From an uncultured Elusimicrobia bacterium (lineage in GTDB: Bacteria > Elusimicrobiota > Elusimicrobia > UBA1565 > UBA9628): a DNA stretch of 16,699 nucleotides. Positions within the stretch are counted from its first letter, which is position 1. Every line of letters starts with the position of its first letter. Below the pieces are notes generated by a model. That model was not told where the DNA came from, made no database searches, and saw nothing but the letters and a program-made list of their open reading frames with translations. Shown here piece after piece: positions 7,596 through 13,370 of this stretch. Where the stretch lies: positions 1 to 16,699 of the forward strand of contig CAZZGQ010000043.1 in assembly GCA_964653765.1 (NCBI GenBank), given 5' to 3'. The position numbers were made by a program, and so were the translations under genes.

Positions 7596-8434
7596 ACGGC
7601 CCTGAAGTTCATGATGCCCGGCGTGTCGATCCAGGTGGAGCCTTCCGGGCCCGGCAAGAGCACGGCGCCCGTCGTGGTGTGGCGGCCTTTGCCGGTGCTC
7701 GCGCCGATCTCCCCCACCCGGCCGCGGCTCTCGTCGCCGAGCAGCCGGCGCAGCAGGGAGGTCTTACCCACGCCGGAGTGGCCGCAGAAGGCCACGGTCT
7801 TGCCCAGCGTCAGCGCCTTGACCTCCTGAAGCCCCTCGCCTCGCAGCGCGGAGCATTCCAGCACGATCAGGCTTTGCGAGGCCATGGCTCGCCAAGGACG
7901 CGGAGCGTCAGGCGCCAGGAGCTCCGTCTTGTTGACGCAAAGGGCGGCGGGGATCTTCTGCGCGAGGGCGGCGGCCACGAAGCGGTCCACGATGCCCGCG
8001 GAGAACTCCGGTTCTCGGGCCGCCGCCACCACGACCAGCAGGTCGATATTGGCGACGATGACATGGACCAGCGGGTTGCGCGCGTTGGGCGCGGAGCGCG
8101 CCAGGCTGTTGCGCCGCGCGCAGCGGTTGACGATCAGGCCGCCCTCCACCTTCACGCGGTCGCCCACGCAGACCGGCGAGCGCTCGCGGACCGCCCCGCG
8201 CGAGGCCAGCGTCGCCATCTGGTAGCCGCACAACACCACTTCCGTCGCCCCGTCCAAGCGGACGGCGCTTTGGTTGGGGAAGAGCTCGACGACCGTGGCG
8301 TTGCCTTCGTCGTGGCCCAGCACCGTCGCGCGGCCCTGCAACGGCTTCTTCGCCGCGGCCTTGGGCCGAGGCCGGCCCTCGATGTCGTCGAGCCAGTCGT
8401 CGTCGGCGCCGCTGTGGTCCTGCTTGGGGCTCAC
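7592..8434 (-). CDS. rsgA: Circularly permuted GTPase of the RsgA/YjeQ type (OB domain then G4-G1-G3), ending right after G3 with no C-terminal zinc-finger domain
   Basis: Motifs in permuted order: [15 protein letters not shown] (NKxD, G4), [16 protein letters not shown] (P-loop, G1), [21 protein letters not shown] (switch and G3). The N-terminal OB-like region reads VGDRVKVEG. The start is tentatively GTG 8434, which overlaps the upstream micro-ORF stop as GTGA. An alternative in-frame start is possible. The protein ends 8 aa after DTPG. Confidence 0.7.
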   Translation of the reverse strand: MSPKQDHSGADDDWLDDIEGRPRPKAAAKKPLQGRATVLGHDEGNATVVELFPNQSAVRLDGATEVVLCGYQMATLASRGAVRERSPVCVGDRVKVEGGLIVNRCARRNSLARSAPNARNPLVHVIVANIDLLVVVAAAREPEFSAGIVDRFVAAALAQKIPAALCVNKTELLAPDAPRPWRAMASQSLIVLECSALRGEGLQEVKALTLGKTVAFCGHSGVGKTSLLRRLLGDESRGRVGEIGASTGKGRHTTTGAVLLPGPEGSTWIDTPGIMNFRAV

Positions 8435-8577
8435 GCTTTGATCGCCGCCTCCCGGCAGTGGTCGGCGAACGTCCGCGTCACGAGCTTGGAGTCGGCGCTC
8501 TTCAGCGTCCGCTCCCAGCCGCACGTGCACGTCAGCTTGCGCTTGTCCGCACGAAACTCGTAAAGGTGCGCTCTCAT
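8431..8577 (-). CDS. 48-aa Cys/His-containing micro-protein ([48 protein letters not shown]), translationally coupled to the RsgA-like gene
   Basis: ATG at 8577 with a strong SD GGGGGGAG 4 nt upstream. TGA stop overlaps the downstream GTG (GTGA). C-x-C ... H-C residues suggest possible metal binding. The ORF track missed it because a longer overlapping wrong-frame ORF dominates. Confidence 0.5.
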   Translation of the reverse strand: MRAHLYEFRADKRKLTCTCGWERTLKSADSKLVTRTFADHCREAAIKA

Positions 8578-8589
8578 CGATCTCCCCCC

Positions 8590-8667
8590 TAAAACACAAA
8601 ACCCCTGGGCTTCACTCGCCCAAGGGCCGGTCCTGCCATTTCTGATCGCAGGTTCGAAAACGACTCA
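8590..8667 (-). repeat. Copy 2 of the roughly 78-nt repeat (partner 426-503). It contains the minus-strand intrinsic terminator of the tRNA-Met gene (8590-8626).
   Basis: On the minus strand: CCCTTGGGC-gagtgaa-GCCCAGGGG then TTTTGTGTTTTAG, immediately 3' of the tRNA CCA end (8671). The T-tract runs straight into the SD of the 48-aa micro-ORF. Confidence 0.65.
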
Positions 8668-8670
8668 AAT

Positions 8671-8747
8671 TGGTTGCGGGGGCTGGATTTGAACCAGCGA
8701 CCTCAAGGTTATGAGCCTTGCGAGCTACCAGGCTGCTCTACCCCGCA
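8671..8747 (-). tRNA. tRNA-Met (anticodon CAU), 77 nt, CCA encoded. Initiator/elongator/Ile2 subtype ambiguous.
   Basis: Reverse complement is UGCGGGGUAGAGCAGCCUGGUAGCUCGCAAGGCUCAUAACCUUGAGGUCGCUGGUUCAAAUCCAGCCCCCGCAACCA. It has a perfect 7-bp acceptor stem, D-arm GAGC/GCUC, anticodon stem CAAGG/CCUUG with loop CUCAUAA, and T-arm GCUGG-UUCAAAU-CCAGC. D- and T-arms are near-identical to E. coli tRNA-fMet and A11:U24 is present. However 1:72 is a U-A pair and only two G-C pairs close the anticodon stem. Confidence 0.9.
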
Positions 8748-8752
8748 GGGGA

Positions 8753-8781
8753 ATAGTACCACAAGTGAAGAGGTAAGACAA
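8753..8781 (-). promoter_or_regulatory. Putative sigma70-type promoter for tRNA-Met (TTGTCT-N17-TGgTACTAT, extended -10)
   Basis: Minus strand reads cgcTTGTCTtacctcttcacttgTGgTACTATtcccc then tRNA +1. The -10 hexamer ends 5 nt before the mature 5' end. Inferred from sequence only. Confidence 0.35.
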
Positions 8782-8794
8782 GCGAAACTCTGAT

Positions 8795-8815
8795 TTTTCG
8801 ACGAGAAATCGAAAA
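8795..8815. promoter_or_regulatory. Inverted repeat TTTTCGA-N7-TCGAAAA in the AT-rich tRNA/integrase intergenic region (candidate operator or recombinase arm-type site)
   Basis: Seen: 7-bp perfect arms at 8795-8801 and 8809-8815. The region 8750-8880 is about 45% GC versus about 70% in flanking DNA. Confidence 0.3.
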
Positions 8816-8879
8816 TTTCAAAGTCGCTGCAAGTTCGCAAGGTTTGTCCGGGAATTCGCGTAGGCACTCGGAGGCGAAC

Positions 8880-9848
8880 ATGCAGAGACTCTGGAAGGAT
8901 CACAACGAACAAGTCATCGCTCAGGATTGGACCTCGGCGCGCGAGCTGTTCTTCTTGCGCTGCCGCTCGAAGAACCTCTCGGACCACAGCCTGGGCTGGT
9001 ACAAGAACGTCCTAGCGGGCTTCCTGCGCTTCCTGGAGGGCGTGGGAGCCCCGTCGCCGCGCGAAACGACGCCCAACCTCATCCGCGCCTATCTCGATCA
9101 CCTGCGCCAGCGCGGCCAGTCGTCGATCACGATCAACCGCACCTATGGCGGGCTGCGCTGCTTCTTCCGCTACCTTTCCCAAGAGCGCGTGATCCCGGCC
9201 ACGCCGTTTACGCTGATCGAAAAGCCTAAGGTCGAGAAGAAGCTCATCCGGCCTCTCGATATGGATCAAGTGCGGCTCTTGCTCGCGCAGCCGAACCTCA
9301 AGACCTTCTGCGGCTTTCGCAACTGGGCCATGATGCTGCTCATGCTGGACACGGGCTTGCGCCTGGGAGAGGTTTTGGGCCTGCGGCGCGACCGCATCGA
9401 CTGGCAAGCCAGCCGGCTCACTGTCCTCGGCAAAGGCGACAAGGAGCGCGCAGTCCCCTTCGGCGCGGCGGTCAAGAAGGCGCTTTGGGACTATGCCCAC
9501 TGGCGCGGCGACGTGGCCGGGCAGGACGTCTTCTTCTTGGACCAGTTCGGCGGGCAGATCTGCCCGCGCCACTTCCAGATCATGATCAAGCGTTACGGCA
9601 AGAAGGCGGGCATCGAAGGAGTGCGCATTTCCCCCCACACGCTACGACACACCTTCGCCACCCAGTACATCCTCAACGGCGGCGACGCCTTCAGCCTCCA
9701 GGCCATGCTCGGGCACTCGACGCTCGAGATGGTCAAGCTCTACGTGCGCCTGGCCAACCGCGACGTGGCGCTGCAGCATCAGCGCTATTCGCCGATCGAC
9801 AAGCTTGGGCCGGTGCAGGGCATCCGGCGCTCCGTCAAGTTTCGATGA
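8880..9848 (+). CDS. Tyrosine site-specific recombinase / integrase (XerC/XerD-like phage integrase family), 322 aa
   Basis: ATG 8880 with GGAGG 5 nt upstream (the track's 8844 is a TTG further upstream). N-terminal core-binding domain, then a catalytic domain with R (…DTGLRLGEVLGLRRDRID…), K (LGKGDKERAVPF), H-x-x-R (HTLRHTFAT), H (LGHSTLEMV) and Y (KLYVR), the complete R-K-H-R-H-Y set. Confidence 0.9.
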   Translation: MQRLWKDHNEQVIAQDWTSARELFFLRCRSKNLSDHSLGWYKNVLAGFLRFLEGVGAPSPRETTPNLIRAYLDHLRQRGQSSITINRTYGGLRCFFRYLSQERVIPATPFTLIEKPKVEKKLIRPLDMDQVRLLLAQPNLKTFCGFRNWAMMLLMLDTGLRLGEVLGLRRDRIDWQASRLTVLGKGDKERAVPFGAAVKKALWDYAHWRGDVAGQDVFFLDQFGGQICPRHFQIMIKRYGKKAGIEGVRISPHTLRHTFATQYILNGGDAFSLQAMLGHSTLEMVKLYVRLANRDVALQHQRYSPIDKLGPVQGIRRSVKFR

Positions 9849-10582
9849 GTGCGCAGGATAATCGGCTATATAATCTACCCGTGGATTCAGAAGACGATTA
9901 CCGCAGGATAGATACACCGTTTGGTTCTCTTGACGCGTGTCCTGACGGCAAACTGGTCTTCATTCCACGCGGACAGCCGATCCCTCACCACTATACTTTC
10001 CATCCCGGGACAAAGTCGGGCTTCATCGACATCCATAAGAAGACCGAAGGGCCTGTGCCGGTCTACGAAACGCTCCTCAGGGTCAGCCACCAAGAGATTG
10101 GCAAGACGCTGGGCGAGGCAGGACGCAGGCTTGTACCCATGTTCCTCGGGATCATCAAGCCGGTAACGCTGGCCTGGCTGCACCATCGCGGGTTCTCGAT
10201 AAGCGCCGGCCACTATCCATCCGTAAGCCAGCTGCGTCGGGCCGGAGCCGGGAAAGGAAAGCGCTTGAAGATCGATGCGAAGGTCGTGTCCAACCTCCTT
10301 CACGAGCCCGAATTCTTCGAGGACATATTTGACCTCGAAGATCGAGCCTTCCCCCTTTGGAAGCGACGGCCCGGGCGGCCTTGGCGGATGGTCGGCACGT
10401 TATTTAAGGGACCGGCGAGACCAGATGATGATCCGCCTCTCTTCTGGATCAGACTCCGAGACTTGAGCCGAGTAACGGCTGGCTTGTCGAAGGATATGGA
10501 GTTGCTGGTGGAGCGCTACGCAATTGGAGGCACTCATGAAGAACCTACAGTTCGGCAAGTCGCTCGAGCGCACGATCGCTGA
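9845..10582 (+). CDS. Hypothetical protein, 245 aa, translationally coupled to the integrase (ATGA overlap). Lies in a lower-GC patch.
   Basis: ATG 9845-9847 overlaps integrase TGA 9846-9848. Protein is MSAQDNRLYNLPVDSEDDYRRIDTPFGSLDACPDGKLVFIPRGQPIPHHYTFHPG... with no motif I recognise. Region 9850-10500 is about 50% GC and uses rare codons (ATA, AGG), consistent with foreign origin. Confidence 0.55.
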   Translation: MSAQDNRLYNLPVDSEDDYRRIDTPFGSLDACPDGKLVFIPRGQPIPHHYTFHPGTKSGFIDIHKKTEGPVPVYETLLRVSHQEIGKTLGEAGRRLVPMFLGIIKPVTLAWLHHRGFSISAGHYPSVSQLRRAGAGKGKRLKIDAKVVSNLLHEPEFFEDIFDLEDRAFPLWKRRPGRPWRMVGTLFKGPARPDDDPPLFWIRLRDLSRVTAGLSKDMELLVERYAIGGTHEEPTVRQVARAHDR

Positions 10583-10868
10583 AAGCCTGAAGGGCCAGGC
10601 CTATCGGCGCAGCTTTCGCACGTATCGCGCCCGCGCCGAAATCGCCGCGGCCGTCAAGACGATGCGCGAGACGAGCGGCCTGACCCGCGGCCGCCTGGCC
10701 GCGCGCGCCGGCATGAGATCCTCGGCCATCGCTCGGCTCGAATCCGTCGATCAGGCGCGACTGCCGAGCCTCGCGCAGCTCATGCGAGTTTTCTCTGCGC
10801 TCGATGGGCGTGCTTCGCTAAGGATCGTCTCTGGCCGCCGCGGCCGGCACGAGATCCCTCTCGCTTAA
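10536..10868 (+). CDS. XRE-family helix-turn-helix transcriptional regulator (Cro/CI-type), 110 aa
   Basis: ATG 10536 with GGAGG 5 nt upstream. HTH reads AAAVKTMRETSGLTRGRLAARAGMRSSAIARLESVDQARLPSLAQL. It overlaps the 3' end of the 245-aa gene by 47 nt in another frame. Its TAA stop shares a TTAA tetranucleotide with the convergent Fic stop. Confidence 0.7.
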   Translation: MKNLQFGKSLERTIAESLKGQAYRRSFRTYRARAEIAAAVKTMRETSGLTRGRLAARAGMRSSAIARLESVDQARLPSLAQLMRVFSALDGRASLRIVSGRRGRHEIPLA

Positions 10869-11968
10869 CCTACTCGCTTCAGCGAGTAGCTGGTGCTTCG
10901 TCCCCCGGCCGCGTCCTTCACCAGGATGCCCTGCTCCACCAGCTCGACGATATCCCGGTGCGCCGTGTCCTGCGAGCATTTGGCCAGCTTCGCCCATTTG
11001 GACGAGGTCAGCTTGCCCTCGAACGTGCCATCGAGCAGGCGGTTGAGGATCAGCCGCTGCCGCTCGTTGAGGGCCAGGTCGGCGCAAGATTTCCAGAAGG
11101 CGTCCGTCTCGAAGACGGCGGCCAGCGCGGCCTCCGAGCCGGCGATCGCGCGGTCAAGGCAAGCGAGAAACCACAGCATCCAGTCGGTGACATCGAGCGC
11201 CCCCTTCTGCGTCCGCTCTAGGATCTCGTAATACGCCTTGCGCTCCTGGCGGATCTGCGCGGACATGCTGTAGTAGCGCCGCGAGCTGTTCTCGGAGCGC
11301 GCGAGCGCCCAGTCGGCGATGACGCGCGCGATGCGCCCGTTGCCGTCGTCAAACGGATGGAGGGTGACAAACCAAAGGTGAGCCTGCGCGGCGCGCAGCA
11401 CCGGATCGATGTCGCCGGTTCGGTTGGCCCAAGCCAACAACGCGTCCATCTCGGCTTCGAGGCGCTCGGCGGGCGGGGCCTCATAATGCACGCGCTCGCG
11501 GCCGATCGCGCCCGAGACGACCTGCATCGGACCCTTAGCGTCGTCGCGCCAGGCGCCGACTCTGAGCTTGGAAGCGCTCTCGGGAAACAAGCGCGCATGC
11601 CAGCCAAAGAGGCGCTCTTTGCTCAGCGGCTGGGCGTAGTTTTGCGTGGCCTCCAGGGCCATCTCCACGACGCCGTCCACGCGGCGATCCGAAGCGGTCA
11701 GCCCGGCGATCTCTATTCTCAACCGCCGCGCGATCGAGGACCGCACCTGATCGGCGCGTAAAATCTCGCCCTCGATCTCGCTCGACTTGACGACATCCTG
11801 GGTCAGCGCCTGAAGGACCGCCTCATTCCTTTGAGAAAGGCCCAAGCTCTCCATCCGCCCGATCAGGCGGCCTTGGCGCAGGCGGACGTCGGCCAGCGGC
11901 GCCGCCAGGACGTGCGAGTCCCATCGGAAGTCCGGCCAATCGGGGCGCTGGTAGATGTATCGAGCCAT
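10865..11968 (-). CDS. Fic-family adenylyltransferase (AMPylase), class II (intramolecular inhibitory motif) with C-terminal winged-helix domain, 367 aa
   Basis: Fic core motif HPFDDGNGRIARV is present (HPFx[DE]GNGR). N-terminal inhibitory motif SSEIEG ([ST]xxxE[GN]). COG3177-like architecture with a C-terminal wHTH (…NERQRLILNRLLDGTFEGKLTSSKWAKLAKCSQDTAHRDIVELVEQGILV…). Confidence 0.9.
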   Translation of the reverse strand: MARYIYQRPDWPDFRWDSHVLAAPLADVRLRQGRLIGRMESLGLSQRNEAVLQALTQDVVKSSEIEGEILRADQVRSSIARRLRIEIAGLTASDRRVDGVVEMALEATQNYAQPLSKERLFGWHARLFPESASKLRVGAWRDDAKGPMQVVSGAIGRERVHYEAPPAERLEAEMDALLAWANRTGDIDPVLRAAQAHLWFVTLHPFDDGNGRIARVIADWALARSENSSRRYYSMSAQIRQERKAYYEILERTQKGALDVTDWMLWFLACLDRAIAGSEAALAAVFETDAFWKSCADLALNERQRLILNRLLDGTFEGKLTSSKWAKLAKCSQDTAHRDIVELVEQGILVKDAAGGRSTSYSLKRVG

Positions 11969-11989
11969 TATCCGCAGGTTATGCGGATA
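11969..11989. promoter_or_regulatory. Perfect inverted repeat TATCCGC-N7-GCGGATA abutting the Fic start codon, plus three TCCGCA(G/C) direct repeats (11971, 12003, 12026)
   Basis: Seen directly. On the minus strand it reads TATCCGCATAACCTGCGGATA-ATG, occupying the place of the SD. It is a candidate operator or an RBS-sequestering hairpin. Confidence 0.4.
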
Positions 11990-12038
11990 TTATAGGCCTA
12001 TTCTCCGCACGATTCCAGGGCTAATCTCCGCAGCCGGC

Positions 12039-13370
12039 TCAGGGCTCGCGCCCGGCAAGTCCCGCACCCTGGCTCCTACTGCGGCGCCGCCACAAGACGC
12101 CGAGCAGGAAGAGCACCGCAAGCCCCACGGCGCCCCAGACGAGCTTGGCCAGGAGAAGCGAATCGCCGGCGGGCGGAGGCGGACTGGCGGGGCCGGCCGA
12201 GGAGGCCGTCGCCCGCCCTTCCGGAGCTTGCGCGGCCTGCTGCGGCGTCCGCGACGCCATGTCGGCCTTCGCCTGCTCCAAGAGGCTCTCGTAGCGCCGC
12301 GGGTCGAGCTTGGCCGCCGCGTCGAAGTCGGCCAAGACCTCCGCGGCCGGATTGCCGAGGTTCATCGCGGCCAAGCCGCGCGTCGCATGCGCCGAGGCGT
12401 CGTTGGGATCAAGGTCGAGAGCGATGCTGGCGTCCTCGAAGGCCGCGCGGTATTGCTGCCCCTTCAAAAGCGCCTGGGAGCGCACGTCGTAGAGCACGTT
12501 CCAGACCATCCCCAGCGCGATCGCCCGGCTGAGATCGAGCACGGATTCGTTGACGTGCTGCAGGTCCGACTGGATCAGGCCGCGCTGCGCCCAAGCCATC
12601 GGATCGCTCGGCGCGCTCGCCACGGCCGCTTCGGCGTATTGCAGCGCCGCCGCCGCGTCGCCGCGCTTGCGCGCCTGCATCGACGCGGAGATGCTCGCGA
12701 AGTCCGCCGTCGGCCTCTCCTTCTGCATCGCCACCCAATCGGCCGGCGTGTGGGCCACGAACGGGCTCTGCTGCGCCAAGAAGCGCGCCAGCTTGTCTCC
12801 GACGTTGCCCACCAACGAGCCCGACTCCCGCCCGCAGGAGAACCGCTTGAGCTCGAACGCCGTCACGTCCTGCGGCTGCGACTTCAAGATCGTCTCGGCA
12901 TCCGCGCAGGCGCCCACGAAGTCGTGATTGGCATAGTGCGCCATCGACCGCGTCGTCATGGAGTCTCTCAGCGCCTCCGGACTGCCGCCCGCCTGCGCCA
13001 GGGCCACGGCCTGCTCGGCGCGCTCGAGCGCCTTCTTGCCGTCGCCGGACTGAAGGGCGTGCCGCGCCGCGCTGTTTTGCACAGCGATGCTCCGCGGATG
13101 CTCCTCCGCCCGCTTGTCGATCGCGGCCGTGATCGCGTTCATGTCCGCCTCGACCTTGGCGCGCGCCTCGGGCGAGGGCGCTTGAGTGAGGGCCAGCTTG
13201 TTTTTCTCGAAGTGGTCCATGTCGGCTTCGATGTCAGAGGCGAAGCTTCCGTTGTCGATCCGCTGATTGCGGAGATGCGGCTCCGCTGCCAAAGACATGT
13301 TCGAATACAAAACCAGGCAAAGGGCCATAGTCAGAAATGCTCTTCCGGCTCTGCTAGAATATTCGCCCAT
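12039..13370 (-). CDS. TPR-repeat protein with N-terminal signal peptide and C-terminal transmembrane anchor plus basic tail (periplasmic domain predicted), about 443 aa
   Basis: Start ATG 13370 (MGEYSSRAGRAFLTMALCLVLYSNMSLAAEP, with a positively charged n-region and AxA-like site). An alternative start is at 13328. TPR-like helical repeats (…AWAQRGLIQSDLQHVNESVLDLSRAIAL…, …SAHATRGLAAMNLGNPAAEVLADFDAAAKLDP…). Pro-rich linker ASPPPPAGD. C-terminal TM helix LLLAKLVWGAVGLAVLFLLGVLW followed by RRRSRS. The 5' third of the gene is about 50% GC. The opposite-strand 531-aa ORF is an artefact. Confidence 0.7.
   Translation of the reverse strand: MGEYSSRAGRAFLTMALCLVLYSNMSLAAEPHLRNQRIDNGSFASDIEADMDHFEKNKLALTQAPSPEARAKVEADMNAITAAIDKRAEEHPRSIAVQNSAARHALQSGDGKKALERAEQAVALAQAGGSPEALRDSMTTRSMAHYANHDFVGACADAETILKSQPQDVTAFELKRFSCGRESGSLVGNVGDKLARFLAQQSPFVAHTPADWVAMQKERPTADFASISASMQARKRGDAAAALQYAEAAVASAPSDPMAWAQRGLIQSDLQHVNESVLDLSRAIALGMVWNVLYDVRSQALLKGQQYRAAFEDASIALDLDPNDASAHATRGLAAMNLGNPAAEVLADFDAAAKLDPRRYESLLEQAKADMASRTPQQAAQAPEGRATASSAGPASPPPPAGDSLLLAKLVWGAVGLAVLFLLGVLWRRRSRSQGAGLAGREP

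Noticed and set aside
6246-8563. Long ORFs 6246..7514 (-) and 6863..8563 (+) overlapping rlmF and rsgA
   Set aside because: Arg/Gly-rich low-complexity translations with no motifs. rlmF (+) and the RsgA-like gene (-) have clear family signatures in the other frames.
426-8667. Interpreting the two 78-nt repeats as att sites of an island spanning 504-8589
   Set aside because: The enclosed genes (pal, lysR, flotillin, rlmF, rsgA) are core-like and at host GC. The repeat does not include any tRNA sequence. The integrase lies on the other side of the tRNA. A dispersed terminator repeat is more parsimonious.
8844-8879. Upstream TTG start for the integrase given by the ORF track
   Set aside because: The ATG at 8880 has a GGAGG SD at ideal spacing. 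The extra 12 residues (MSGNSRRHSEAN) have no support.
9887-10303. 138-aa minus-strand ORF inside the 245-aa integrase-coupled gene
   Set aside because: The plus-strand ORF is longer, spans the whole low-GC patch and is start-coupled to the integrase. The minus ORF has no start context. The plus-strand ORF is kept as more likely, but this is not excluded.
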